In this document: positions 18,686-28,733 of the stretch, piece by piece
How positions within the stretch are numbered: position 1 is the stretch's first letter
Layout: every line of letters starts with the position of its first letter
Virus record (IMG/VR): IMGVR_UViG_3300018077_000007
Span: 1-64,000 of that record
DNA: 64,000 bases
DNA from: a virus
Strand: one strand, 5' to 3'
Made by a program: the position numbers and the translations under genes
Notes under the pieces: generated by a model
What the model was told of the DNA's origin: nothing
Databases searched by the model: none
What the model saw: the letters and a program-made list of their open reading frames with translations, nothing else

Positions 18686-19660
18686 ATGGCAGGTGAGACG
18701 ACGCTCCAACTGGTGCCGGGCGAAGAGTACGTCGAGATCGACCTCCCCGAAGGCATGGTGCTGCCGGAGTCGCACGCACCCGGCGAGCCTGATGCCGTCC
18801 CGGTTCCGCCTCCGAGCCCCGCCGTTCCCAAAGAAGGCAATCTCGGGGTGGCGCTCCAGCAGGAGCGCGCCAAAACCCGCAATTACAAGCAGTTGTGGAA
18901 AGACGCGGAAGAGAAGATCGCGAGTCGCAAAGCCGAGACCCGTTCGACGGTCCCGCAAGGACCGGCGTTCGAGGTGAAATTCCCGGACTTCAATCTCGAG
19001 GAACTCGTGCAACAGGCCGATGCCGACGCCGGGGCCACGATGGGGACCCACGCCAAACTGGTGGTGGGGCACCTCAAAAAGGCCATGACGCAGTTTACCG
19101 CCGATCTCAACAAGCAGTTGACGGCCCATGGCCAACTCGTCGCGTTCAATGCGGCGCTCGAAGGGCAGAAAGCGACCTGTCGGCTCTTTTTTGACGACTA
19201 CGACCAAGTGATTGACCAGGCTGGGTTCAATCAAGAGCTGGACGTGGATCCCCGCACCGGCCAGTTCCGCAACCCCGAACTGGCCGCGTTGGTGTACCGA
19301 GACCAGTTCCCCGAACTGCAAAAATACCTCTTGGCCAAAGGGCGACTGGACGCGCGGGCGACCCCGGTCTCCGAAGTGCCCCTGCCGACCCCGGCGCCCG
19401 CCCCTGTGGTGGCGGCCCCCCAGACGGTCCCGGCCACCCCGGCTTCCGTGCCGAGCCTTGAGGCTCCACCGGCGCGTCCCATGGCCCGCGGGATCCGTCG
19501 CATCGTGAGTGCGGGGCAACCGCCACGGGTGGCCCTCACCCGGGCGTATCTGGACGAGCTGCTCGATCACAATTACCCCCTCTACAAACAACTGACCGAT
19601 GCCGACCCCCGTCTGATGAAGTTCCATCTGGGCGGGATTCCCCTGGACCAGGCTGGCTGA
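18686..19660 (+). CDS. Capsid scaffolding protein
   Basis: Lies between portal and MCP; acidic/Pro-rich N-terminus, ALQQERAK coiled coil; AAGGAG RBS. Confidence 0.7.
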   Translation: MAGETTLQLVPGEEYVEIDLPEGMVLPESHAPGEPDAVPVPPPSPAVPKEGNLGVALQQERAKTRNYKQLWKDAEEKIASRKAETRSTVPQGPAFEVKFPDFNLEELVQQADADAGATMGTHAKLVVGHLKKAMTQFTADLNKQLTAHGQLVAFNAALEGQKATCRLFFDDYDQVIDQAGFNQELDVDPRTGQFRNPELAALVYRDQFPELQKYLLAKGRLDARATPVSEVPLPTPAPAPVVAAPQTVPATPASVPSLEAPPARPMARGIRRIVSAGQPPRVALTRAYLDELLDHNYPLYKQLTDADPRLMKFHLGGIPLDQAG

Positions 19661-19746
19661 CGATGGGCTGGCGGGGCGGGGGGAGGGGTCGGCGCGGCCC
19701 GAGCCCGAGGGATCGGGCGTAACCCGGACTGTCGTAGGAGGACTCC

Positions 19747-20748
19747 ATGGCCGACACGCCCTTCACCACCAACTCCGCCGAAGCCGTCAAACTCTGGGCG
19801 AAGCTCCTCTACTACGAGCTGCCCCGAGAGTTGTATTTCTCGAAGTGGTTCAAGGAAGGGGACCAGAACACCATCATTGAGGTCAAGCGCGACCTCCAAA
19901 AGAGTCCCGGAGACCGTATCCGGTTCACGCTGCTCCGCAAGCTGGCCGGGGCGGGCGTCTCCGGGGACGCCAAGCAGGAAGGCTCGGAAGAGCCGATGGT
20001 CTATCAGTCCGATGATGTCACGATCAACCAGCGCCGGAACGCCGTGCGGCTGGCGGGGCGGATGTCGGAGCGGCTCACCCAATTTAATCAGCGGAACGAC
20101 GCCAAGAACGTCCTCCGCACGTGGATGGGGGAGACAATTGACGACGACATTTTCACTGCCCTGGCCCTGAGCCCCGCCGCGAGCCGCACGATCTACGCGG
20201 GGCAGCGCACCTCGGTCGCCCTGCTGCAAGCCGGCGATACCATGACGGCGCCCCTGATCGACCGGCTCCTGGGGACCGCCAAGAAAGCCACCCCGAAACT
20301 CTGGCCCGTCAAGGTGGACGGGATGGATCTGTTCGTCCTGCTCCTCCACACCGATGTGTCGTTTGATCTCCGGCAGAACTTCTCCTCGACCGGGGTCGCG
20401 TGGGCGTCGATCCAGCAGTACGCGAACGAGCGCGGCAAGAGTAACCCGCTCTTTCTCGGTGCCCTCGGGTTCTGGGGCGGCCAGTGCATTATTCACGAGC
20501 ACGAAAAGGTCCCGACCGGGACCGACGCTGGCGCCGGCGGGAACCTCGCCTGGGCCTCCAACATGTTCCTGGCGCGGCAGGCTCTCTGCTTTGCGTGGGG
20601 GGCGCCGCCCGAGGCGTGGGAGCAGCTCTTCGACTACGGGGCGCAGCCGGGCTTCTGTATCGGGGCCATCTGGGGGGCGAAGAAGTCGGTCTATGCCGGG
20701 GTCGATCACGGGTACATAGAATTAAGAACAACAAGAACGAATTTATAG
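19747..20748 (+). CDS. Major capsid protein (N4-gp56/DUF4043-like)
   Basis: AVKLWAK.L, DLQKSPGDRIRF.L..KL.G.GVSGD..QEGSEE, I.Q.RNAV, A..RG.SNPLF.GALG, E..FDYG. Confidence 0.9.
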   Translation: MADTPFTTNSAEAVKLWAKLLYYELPRELYFSKWFKEGDQNTIIEVKRDLQKSPGDRIRFTLLRKLAGAGVSGDAKQEGSEEPMVYQSDDVTINQRRNAVRLAGRMSERLTQFNQRNDAKNVLRTWMGETIDDDIFTALALSPAASRTIYAGQRTSVALLQAGDTMTAPLIDRLLGTAKKATPKLWPVKVDGMDLFVLLLHTDVSFDLRQNFSSTGVAWASIQQYANERGKSNPLFLGALGFWGGQCIIHEHEKVPTGTDAGAGGNLAWASNMFLARQALCFAWGAPPEAWEQLFDYGAQPGFCIGAIWGAKKSVYAGVDHGYIELRTTRTNL

Positions 20749-20768
20749 TTCAACGAAATCAGATAGTT

Positions 20769-21425
20769 ATGGTGACAGTGGAAACCGGGCTTGACATGAT
20801 GGAACCAACCGGAATCGGTGGTCAGGTCGTGCAGTTACAGAAGAAGTGCGGCCATTGTCGTGTGGTCAAGCCGATGGCGGATTTCCACCGAAGCCGGAAC
20901 AGATCGGACGGGAGGCAGGGGTGGTGCCGCACGTGTGGCCTTGCCTCTAAGGCCTCTCGCCGGGTACGAAAACGCCCGCTTGCTCCGCCGGGTTTGAAGC
21001 GGTGTGCGACGTGCGGAGAAACCAAGCCGGTCAGTGACTTTCGCCAACGGGTAGATGGACAACGATATGACGGCTCACATGGTGGACTCGGCCTGTATGC
21101 CTATTGCCGTCCCTGCGAACGGGCTTACAACAATGAGCGGGCTCGGGAGTTCAGCCGGACCGATCAGGGCAGGGTTGCTCGGCGCGAGAAGGTGCGGCGC
21201 GATTGTCGTGACGGGAAATATCAAGCCCGCCTCTTCGTGGCCATGTCTCTCAAGTATGGCTATCTCACGAAAGGCCCTTGTGAGGTCTGCGGCAGCGCCC
21301 GGGTTCACGCCCACCACACTGACTACAGTGACCCACTCAACGTTCGATGGCTTTGCCCGACCCATCACGGGCAGCTTCACACGGGCACCTTCACCATCAC
21401 GGCACACAAGGAGACGGTCGGATGA
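20769..21425 (+). CDS. Zinc-finger HNH-like endonuclease
   Basis: Two C..C...KP..DF...C..C modules, then PCEVCG...HAHHTDYSDPLNVRWLCPTHH; start uncertain. Confidence 0.8.
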   Translation: MVTVETGLDMMEPTGIGGQVVQLQKKCGHCRVVKPMADFHRSRNRSDGRQGWCRTCGLASKASRRVRKRPLAPPGLKRCATCGETKPVSDFRQRVDGQRYDGSHGGLGLYAYCRPCERAYNNERAREFSRTDQGRVARREKVRRDCRDGKYQARLFVAMSLKYGYLTKGPCEVCGSARVHAHHTDYSDPLNVRWLCPTHHGQLHTGTFTITAHKETVG

Positions 21426-22378
21426 AAAGATTCGCCATGACGCATCGACGGGTTTCGCGCAGTCTCGCGGCGGCCCTCGCCGCCGTCCTGCTCCTCGGGC
21501 CGGGGTGGTTCGGGTCCCTCGGGCTCACCCAGGTCCAGGCCCAAACGCAACGCTACTGGTGGTCGGTCGTGAACGAGCGCGGGGAGGTCTACCCGCAGGG
21601 GGCCGTCACGTGCTCGGTCCACCCGCATAACATCGCCTCCGAGGGCACCCACGTCTATTCCACGATGGGGAGCCCCGGCAGCGGGACCACGAGCCCGCTC
21701 GTCAGCAATGCCCAGGGGGTCTTTGAGTTCTTCTGGACCTCGGCCTCGGCCAGCTTTGATGTCGTGTGCGTCGGGCGGGGTGGCATGACGCGGCAGAAAA
21801 TGACGGACAACACGATTCATCTCCTGATGATGGATCGCTCTGGGGTCCGTCGCGTGTCCCGCTTCGCCTTCCACAACGCGGCCGGGACCGGGAACGCAGG
21901 CCAGATCGGAACCGACGTGGTGATCCCGCAGGGCGGTGTCATCCGCGATGTCATCGTGAACGTGACCTCGTGGGGGCGCGGCATCTCGCAGCATCTCAAC
22001 ATCGGGTTTGCAGGCAACCACGCGGTCTCGACCATGACCGCCCTTGCCGACGGGCTCAACCTCAGTAGCCACGGCGTGGGGTGGATTCGGCCCCATGCCA
22101 TCGCGACGGCGGGATTTGGCAACGTGTTGGCCGGCAACCACCGCGGCGGGGCACTCTCGCGGTTCCACCAATCCATCTGTTTCGGTGGCGTGTGTAGCGG
22201 CATCACCACGGCCGGCGGCATTTCACTCTATCTGGAAACGCCGTACCTCGTCCATCTCGCCGGTGGCCTTCAGGTGACCTATCAGATTTCGCTGAACCCC
22301 GACACCATCGCGGGCCACGCCTACATCTTGTGGGATCAGCTTCATATCGGGGCGAACCGCTGGAGCACGGTGGACTAG
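21422..22378 (+). CDS. Putative structural/decoration protein with signal peptide
   Basis: AAGGAG RBS; basic N-region, hydrophobic core, VQA|Q cleavage-like site; beta-rich and His-rich; follows the MCP. Confidence 0.65.
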   Translation: MKRFAMTHRRVSRSLAAALAAVLLLGPGWFGSLGLTQVQAQTQRYWWSVVNERGEVYPQGAVTCSVHPHNIASEGTHVYSTMGSPGSGTTSPLVSNAQGVFEFFWTSASASFDVVCVGRGGMTRQKMTDNTIHLLMMDRSGVRRVSRFAFHNAAGTGNAGQIGTDVVIPQGGVIRDVIVNVTSWGRGISQHLNIGFAGNHAVSTMTALADGLNLSSHGVGWIRPHAIATAGFGNVLAGNHRGGALSRFHQSICFGGVCSGITTAGGISLYLETPYLVHLAGGLQVTYQISLNPDTIAGHAYILWDQLHIGANRWSTVD

Positions 22379-22469
22379 CCCCGAAGCATAGCGAGTCCGG
22401 TGCGAGCACACCGCAGAGGCGGGTCGGGGGAGAGGCCCCCGGCCCGTCTTGGGTGATTGAGGAGGGACG

Positions 22470-23987
22470 ATGCGCGAAGCGTGGACACTGGCCCCCCGAT
22501 GGGTGCTGAGTCTCACCGAGCGGCATGTGGCGCTCGGGGTCTGGATGGCCCTCGGGGTGCTGGTGGTCGTGCCGTTCCCGGTGCACAACTGGCCGATGGT
22601 GGAGCGGGCGGTCCCGATCATGTGGCTCCTCCTGGGCGGAGCTGTCTGTCTCTGCGCCAAGCTCGCCCTGCCGACGGTGCCCGGCCTGCATCGGGTGGCG
22701 TGGCCCTTGGCGGCATTGATCGCGTGGGCCTTGATCCGGGCGGGGATGATGGCGTTTCCGCTCCGGGCGTTGCAACTGCTCCTCCTGCTGGGCATGGCCG
22801 GGATGCTGTCAATGGCGGCCCGCACGCTTGATCCACGAGAGGTCCGGTGGGTGGCGTGGGCGATGTTCGCGGGCATCGCGTATGAGGCCATCCTGGGCCT
22901 CGTGAATATCACGCCACTCCTCTCGCCGCTGTGGCGGATGGCGCTGCTCGGGGTGTGGGCACCGTTCATCTGGGCGGGCCTCGTCATCCTCATGGTGGTC
23001 AGCGTGGTCCGGTCTGGATGGCCGCCGAGTCGATTCCACCTGGCGGGCCTCTGGGCGGGGGCGGTCGGCGTCGGCCTGTGGTGGATCGTGCGAGACGTGA
23101 CCGTGATGGCTGGCCCCTACCCCTACATGACGTTCGTGGAGCCCGCGTACTTCGGCAAACCGATGGGCTTTCTCACACACACCAACTATTTTGGCTCCCT
23201 GATGGCCCTCGGCCTGCCGCTGGTCTGGTCGCTGGTGGGGCTCCTCCCAGCAGCCGCTCTCTATGCCCTCATCATCACGTCCTGGTCCGGAGGGCCGATC
23301 ATTTCGGCCTCGGTTGGGGCCATCCTGATGGCGTGGCCGAGTCTGTCGCGTCGGTGGCGGGCGGTCCTGGTCGGCGTCTGCGTGGCCTCCGTCGGGTGGG
23401 TGATGACGGTCCATGAGTGGCGGCTTTCGGGGCGCTGGCAGGTGTGGCAGGCGATCTGGCCCGAGGTGAAACGGTATCCCCTGATCGGGCAGGGGCTCGG
23501 GTCCTGGCGCATCTGGGCCGACAACTACAACGTCAAACTCTCGGTCGCGGCCAACAAGCCCGTCGTGTTCGCCACTCTCCAAGCCCACAACGAAGCCTAC
23601 CAACTCTGGTTCGAGCTGGGGCTGATCGGGCTCGGGTTGGGCCTCGCGTGGGTGCTCTGGCTTGGGCGCGATGCGTGGCGGCTCTGGTGGGCCTGCCCAG
23701 CGGGCACCCCAGAGTTTTGGTCCCCGGGGCACGTCCCGCTCGACCGGGCCTGGATCGCCATGATCGCGGTGGCGGTGGTCAACTCGTTCGGGAGCCCGAT
23801 CTTTCACCTGCCCGGGCAAACCGTTTTTGTGCTGTTTGCGATGGCCCAAATGCAGGCGTCAACGGCGCGGCTTGCAGCGCTGACGCCAGACCCAGGATCC
23901 GACAACGGCACGGGATCGTCCCGCGCCCAACGGAGGCACGTCCATGGCACCCATCCCCGAAGACATCGCCCAGTCGTTGCCGCTTAA
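22470..23987 (+). CDS. O-antigen ligase / O-oligosaccharyltransferase family (Wzy_C) polytopic membrane protein
   Basis: More than 10 TM helices; GFLTHTNYFGS, SGRWQVW...YPLIGQGLGSW, QAHNEAYQLWFELGLIG, SPIFHLP. Confidence 0.82.
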   Translation: MREAWTLAPRWVLSLTERHVALGVWMALGVLVVVPFPVHNWPMVERAVPIMWLLLGGAVCLCAKLALPTVPGLHRVAWPLAALIAWALIRAGMMAFPLRALQLLLLLGMAGMLSMAARTLDPREVRWVAWAMFAGIAYEAILGLVNITPLLSPLWRMALLGVWAPFIWAGLVILMVVSVVRSGWPPSRFHLAGLWAGAVGVGLWWIVRDVTVMAGPYPYMTFVEPAYFGKPMGFLTHTNYFGSLMALGLPLVWSLVGLLPAAALYALIITSWSGGPIISASVGAILMAWPSLSRRWRAVLVGVCVASVGWVMTVHEWRLSGRWQVWQAIWPEVKRYPLIGQGLGSWRIWADNYNVKLSVAANKPVVFATLQAHNEAYQLWFELGLIGLGLGLAWVLWLGRDAWRLWWACPAGTPEFWSPGHVPLDRAWIAMIAVAVVNSFGSPIFHLPGQTVFVLFAMAQMQASTARLAALTPDPGSDNGTGSSRAQRRHVHGTHPRRHRPVVAA

Positions 23988-24585
23988 GCGCGGGCCGGGG
24001 CGCCCCGCCCGCCCGGTCCAGTCCGGTCCGCCTCCCGAGGAGGCGGACGGCCCCGCCGTGGCCGTCGCGGTGGCCCCCGTCGGGGTGGACCTAAGCGGGT
24101 TCGTCTCCATCGAGCAGCAGATCCTCGCCCCGGTCCTGCCGGTCATCACGGATGCCAAGGGCCAGGGGGCCATTGTGGTGTATCTCGGGGCGGGGGATCG
24201 GTACTCTTGCGCCAAGCCCGGCAAGGTCGTGCGCGAGTCCTATGAAATCGCCCCCAACGAGTTTGAGATCCACTATTCCGTGTCCGAAGCCGGCATGGAA
24301 GCCCATGTGTTCGAGAGCCGGGATCTGGTGGGACACATCGTCTCCTCCCGGATCGTGGGCAGTACGGCGCCCCCGGCCGTCCAGGGACGCCCCTTTTGCC
24401 GATGCGCCCATCCCGAACACCTCCGGCTGTTCATGCGGGAGGTCGATGAGGCGAAGCGGCACCTTTTTCGCCTCTTCATCCCGCCCGAGGCGAACGCGGC
24501 CTTTACCCGGTACGTCCAGGAACGGGAGCGGAACATGCGGGAGCAGCAACAGTTCGAGGAGGATCTGATCCGCAACGCTTCGTAG
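23944..24585 (+). CDS. Hypothetical protein
   Basis: GGAGG RBS; KRGPGRP motif. Confidence 0.6.
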   Translation: MAPIPEDIAQSLPLKRGPGRPARPVQSGPPPEEADGPAVAVAVAPVGVDLSGFVSIEQQILAPVLPVITDAKGQGAIVVYLGAGDRYSCAKPGKVVRESYEIAPNEFEIHYSVSEAGMEAHVFESRDLVGHIVSSRIVGSTAPPAVQGRPFCRCAHPEHLRLFMREVDEAKRHLFRLFIPPEANAAFTRYVQERERNMREQQQFEEDLIRNAS

Positions 24586-24626
24586 TCACCTCTGCCCCCC
24601 GGGGCAGAACGAAAGGAGTCCATCCC

Positions 24627-24905
24627 ATGAGTGACGGGCGGTCAGTGCCTGAGAAGATTGACGGGAGCCCCTTCGTCCCGAAGGGCGACTTCGAGAACCT
24701 GAATGAAGGCCCCCCCACCGGCCCGGGGGATTTGCCCGAAGCCGAAGCCGCCGGCAAGGCGTTCGGCGGTCTGAAGCGCGGCCCGACCTATTCGACCGTG
24801 ACGGGGCCGGCGAAGGTCCCGATGCTGAAAGAGGTCGATAACCCGACTGACCTTCGGGGGTTGGAGAGCTATCCGATCACGTCGAAGGGCGGCGAGAAAG
24901 ACTGA
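24627..24905 (+). CDS. Hypothetical protein
   Basis: AAGGAG RBS following a palindrome. Confidence 0.6.
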   Translation: MSDGRSVPEKIDGSPFVPKGDFENLNEGPPTGPGDLPEAEAAGKAFGGLKRGPTYSTVTGPAKVPMLKEVDNPTDLRGLESYPITSKGGEKD

Positions 24906-24917
24906 TCCAGAGGCTCC

Positions 24918-25274
24918 ATGCGGCGGCCCTGGCCCGGGTTCCTCGTGGGGGGGTGCGTGACCGTGGTGCTGGTGGCCACGGCCCTCGCCCAAGGGTTGCC
25001 GACGCGCCGGACGGCGACCTGGCGAGTGATCTGTACCGCCACGACCAGCCATGCCGTGGCCAGCCGGGATCGCCCCCGGGCCGTGACGTTCGGCAACATG
25101 GGGACGATCACCCTCTATCTCGGCAGTTCGGATGACGCCGTCCCCCGGATCACGCTTCATGCCGGGGCCACGCGGGCCTACACCAACACCTTTGCCGGGT
25201 TCGTGTGTGGCACGGCGGGCGAGTACGGCGGCACGGGGTCTACCACCTTGGAGGTCGAAGAGGAGCTCCCTTGA
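24918..25274 (+). CDS. Small structural-type protein with signal peptide
   Basis: MRRPWPGFLVGGCVTVVLVATALA|Q; beta-rich body. Confidence 0.6.
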   Translation: MRRPWPGFLVGGCVTVVLVATALAQGLPTRRTATWRVICTATTSHAVASRDRPRAVTFGNMGTITLYLGSSDDAVPRITLHAGATRAYTNTFAGFVCGTAGEYGGTGSTTLEVEEELP

Positions 25275-26164
25275 AGAAGTTCCCCTGGAGGCTTGTGGTG
25301 GCGGTCCTCGGGGCTGCGGGCCTCCTCCTGGGAGCCACGGTCACGTACTCCCCGTATCGCCCGACCGGGCCGGTAGTCTTCCAGCCCGGCTCGGTCACGG
25401 TGCCGCAGGTGACCGGCACCACCGGCCTCTTCAGCGGCCTCTACTGGCCGCTTGCGAACCATCTCGGCGTCACAATCAGCGGCCATGAAGCCGTCCGGTT
25501 TCACGGGACGGCCCTGACGCTTCACCACACCACGGCTCTCCGATTCACCCACTCTGAAGCCCAGATGCACGGGGGCCAGCGGAGCCACATCACGGCCCTC
25601 CGGATCAGCACCGTTGGGGCGGCGTCCAGCACCGATCCTGACGGGAACGACCAGCTCGTGGTGGGCCATGCCAGCACGGTGCTCCGGTTCGAGACCATTG
25701 GGGGGGAACTCTTCCGCCTCCACGCAGGCGGACTCATGGCGGTGGCCAACGGCTCGTGGACGATCGGCACGTCCGCTGGCAGCCGCCCGAACGCCATCCA
25801 TGTCCAAACCTCAATTGAGGCCCGCCAGTTCATCGCCCGGATTCACTCGACCACCATCGCCTCGGAGGGGACGGCGGCGGTCAATATTGAGCGGATTAAC
25901 CCCTCTCGGGACTATATCGAGTTGACCTGTAACGATGCCAATGGGTGCACGATTGTCATGGTGATCGGGGCCGATGCGGATGGCGGCGGCCTAGTCGCGG
26001 GGACCCGCGTCACGTTCGCTAACGCGGGATCGAATACCATCAACTTTTCTGATACAGCAGGCCGATCCGAACTGTCGGCAGCCTTGGCGGCGGCAGTGGA
26101 TCAAACGATCACGCTGGTCTATTCCGGCGTGAAGTGGCGAGAAGTAGGGAGATCAAGCAATTGA
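25271..26164 (+). CDS. Fibre/decoration-like protein with signal peptide
   Basis: TTG start after GAGGAG; MKKFPWRLVVAVLGAAGLLLGA; fibre-like IGTSAGSRPNAIHV; C-terminal TITLVYSGVKWREV. Confidence 0.65.
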   Translation: MKKFPWRLVVAVLGAAGLLLGATVTYSPYRPTGPVVFQPGSVTVPQVTGTTGLFSGLYWPLANHLGVTISGHEAVRFHGTALTLHHTTALRFTHSEAQMHGGQRSHITALRISTVGAASSTDPDGNDQLVVGHASTVLRFETIGGELFRLHAGGLMAVANGSWTIGTSAGSRPNAIHVQTSIEARQFIARIHSTTIASEGTAAVNIERINPSRDYIELTCNDANGCTIVMVIGADADGGGLVAGTRVTFANAGSNTINFSDTAGRSELSAALAAAVDQTITLVYSGVKWREVGRSSN

Positions 26165-26186
26165 TCGCCACCCCCGCGCCCAAGCC

Positions 26187-27257
26187 ATGACGCGCCGATG
26201 GGGTTGCTCGGTCGCCCTCCTGACCGCCGTGTTCCTGGCCGGCGTGCTCCTCGCCCAGTTGACGCCAGCCCCCGCGCAGGTCACGCCGGGGCGTCCGCAG
26301 GTCGTCAACGTCCAGCACATCAGCACGGTGGTCCACATTGCGGCAGCGGCAGCGCCGTGGCCGTTCTCAATGGCGATGGCCACGCGCTGTGTCAATACGG
26401 CGGGAACCGCGTTCGAGGCGTGCGGGGGAGGGGCCGGCGGTGGCGACGCCGTGAACGTGTTCCATCAATCGACCATTCGGCATATCTCCTCCATCACCCA
26501 CGTCGGCGGCACGATCAGCCTCGTGAACCAAGCCGGGACGTATGCGACCTTCACCGGCACCACCCTCGACGTGACGTGTACGGGATGCGCGGCGGCCTCC
26601 GTCGTGGCGGTGTCGCATATCTCCGGAGCGGTCCATATCGGGGGGACCATCGGCGGTGCCCAGTTCCATATCCAAGGGCTTGGGACTCCCGGCCAGTCGC
26701 ACGGCGGGGTGCTGTCCATTCAAGGCATTGGGGGCGGAAACCCCGTGCCGGTCATCGGGACCATCGGGCTCCCAGTGAATCAGCAGGGCGTGTGGAACAT
26801 CCAGGCGACCCATCAAGGGGGCCAATGGAACATGGCTCACGTGACCTCCGTGACCCATGTGGCGGTCACCGCATTCGGATCAACGGCGGTCGATCCATGC
26901 ATGGGGCGCTCGAAATCCTACGTCGGCATCAGCCAGACGGCGGGCACGCAATTGGTCACCGGGGTCGCCAACCAGCGGGTCTACGTTTGTTCACTCAACG
27001 TCGTGTCCGCCACCGCACAGAATTTAGCGGTTGTGGCGGGGACGGGCGTGACCTGTGCGACCACGACCGTTGGGGTGCCGGGCCTAACGGGAGGGGCGAC
27101 CGCCGCGACGGGATGGAATCTCGCGGCGAACGGCGGGTTGACGTTCGGGGCTGGAGCGGCCGCCATCGCGCAGACCACCGTCAATGGCGATTCGGTTTGT
27201 TTACTCCAGTCCGGGACCGGCCAAGTCTCGGGAGGTCTAAGTTATGTCACGCAATGA
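26187..27257 (+). CDS. His-repeat beta-rich protein with signal peptide
   Basis: Signal peptide ending APA|Q; four H-[IV]-[ST]-x-x-x-H-[IV] repeats. Confidence 0.7.
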   Translation: MTRRWGCSVALLTAVFLAGVLLAQLTPAPAQVTPGRPQVVNVQHISTVVHIAAAAAPWPFSMAMATRCVNTAGTAFEACGGGAGGGDAVNVFHQSTIRHISSITHVGGTISLVNQAGTYATFTGTTLDVTCTGCAAASVVAVSHISGAVHIGGTIGGAQFHIQGLGTPGQSHGGVLSIQGIGGGNPVPVIGTIGLPVNQQGVWNIQATHQGGQWNMAHVTSVTHVAVTAFGSTAVDPCMGRSKSYVGISQTAGTQLVTGVANQRVYVCSLNVVSATAQNLAVVAGTGVTCATTTVGVPGLTGGATAATGWNLAANGGLTFGAGAAAIAQTTVNGDSVCLLQSGTGQVSGGLSYVTQ

Positions 27258-28431
27258 GGACCACAGGGGACTCGTGGGCGTCTGGGGCCTGATCCTCTCT
27301 GCGGCTCTGCTCGTCGTGTTCTCTGCCCCGGCAGGGGCGCGCCCCATCCTCCCCGTGGCCACCTATCCTGCCGGGACACAGGCATTTGGCCCGCTCATGC
27401 TTCCGGCCACCGTGCACGATCTCGCCTTCGAGGTTGATGTCAGCGCGCACACGGATCCTGCTGCGGACCTGGTCGTCTCGGTGGACCTCTCCCGCGATGG
27501 GGGGACCACCTGGCAATTCTGGAAGGGGGTCTCTCGCCGTGGGGGAATCAAACGGCATCCCGACACGGGGCTGCCGGTCCCCCTGATGACCTCGCGCCAC
27601 TGGCTCCCGCCGGGACCGACGTGGGTCCGGGGCACCGTGACGGTAACGCACCCCCTGCAATTCGCCCTGGATCTGGAAACCGCGCAGAACGACGCCGACC
27701 CGCGCCTCCGGCCCACGGTCGCGGCTCCGGATGAGCATCGGTCCCTCTCGTTCGATACCTCGACCAACGGGGGCAACAACAACAATGTCACGAGCATCTC
27801 GTGGTCTCATACGACGGCGGCCACGGCGAAGGCCCTCGCGGTCTTCGGGTTCGTGGCGGATGGCACCGACGGCTCCCGCGACATCAGCAACGTCACCTAT
27901 GCGGCGGTGGCGATCACCAGCCTCATTGTGGACATCGACAACTCGGTGGGCAACATCGAGATGGAAGTGTGGTATCAGCTCTCCCCGACGACCGGCGCCC
28001 AGACCGTGGCCATCACGGGGAACGGCGGGGCTGGCTCGGCGGACGAGTTGACGGGGGTGGCCGTCACGCTCATTGACGATGTGGGCGCGCCCACGCTAGA
28101 CACGAGCGGGAGCGGAACCGGCAACGCGGACACTGGGAGTCAGTCCCTGACGATTGCGGACAATGCCTTCATGGTTGCGGGGATCATCACGGATCTCGCC
28201 AACCCGCTCAACCTGTCGGTGACCGTTGGGACCGAGCGGCAAGAACTGGACGTGGGCGGGCAAACGGTTGGCGGCGCGACCCGAGGCCCGCTGACCCCAG
28301 CCGGTGCCTACGCCATCACATGGGGCATCTCGGGGAATGCCGAGTTCGCCATCGGCGCGCTCTCGTTTGCCCCGGCGGTGGCGGGAGGGGCGGCGGTCCC
28401 GCTCCGGACCCTGATGGGCGTCGGGCAATAG
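27244..28431 (+). CDS. Beta-rich virion-type protein with signal peptide
   Basis: Hydrophobic N-terminus ending AGA|R; SISWSHTT-type beta domain; C-terminal RTLMGVGQ. Confidence 0.65.
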   Translation: MSRNEDHRGLVGVWGLILSAALLVVFSAPAGARPILPVATYPAGTQAFGPLMLPATVHDLAFEVDVSAHTDPAADLVVSVDLSRDGGTTWQFWKGVSRRGGIKRHPDTGLPVPLMTSRHWLPPGPTWVRGTVTVTHPLQFALDLETAQNDADPRLRPTVAAPDEHRSLSFDTSTNGGNNNNVTSISWSHTTAATAKALAVFGFVADGTDGSRDISNVTYAAVAITSLIVDIDNSVGNIEMEVWYQLSPTTGAQTVAITGNGGAGSADELTGVAVTLIDDVGAPTLDTSGSGTGNADTGSQSLTIADNAFMVAGIITDLANPLNLSVTVGTERQELDVGGQTVGGATRGPLTPAGAYAITWGISGNAEFAIGALSFAPAVAGGAAVPLRTLMGVGQ

Positions 28432-28435
28432 CGCC

Positions 28436-28717
28436 ATGTTCCCTGATCTGCACCCGTTCAGCTACGTGGAGGTGACGGTTTCGACCGACGTGGTGAGCCT
28501 GTCCGTCCCGGCGGAGACCTGCTTTGCCGTGCTCCGATTCGAGGATGGGCCGGTGCGGTATCGCGTGGATGGGGGCGCCCCCTCCACCACCGTTGGGTTG
28601 CCGGGCGAGCACGGCGATCAGCTGCCGCTCTGGTATCAATCGGTCGCCCAATTCCGCGTGATTCGGAGCGGCGGGGCGGATGGCGTGGTTCGGGCGACGT
28701 TTTATCGGAAGCGGTAA
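28436..28717 (+). CDS. Small structural-type protein
   Basis: VRYRVDGGAPSTTVG motif typical of small phage virion proteins. Confidence 0.6.
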   Translation: MFPDLHPFSYVEVTVSTDVVSLSVPAETCFAVLRFEDGPVRYRVDGGAPSTTVGLPGEHGDQLPLWYQSVAQFRVIRSGGADGVVRATFYRKR

Positions 28718-28733
28718 CCCGGAGGAGGAGGGG

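Noticed and set aside
20484-20768. N-terminal extension of the zinc-finger HNH ORF given in the track
   Set aside because: It overlaps the MCP in another frame and has no RBS; the real start is after the MCP stop.
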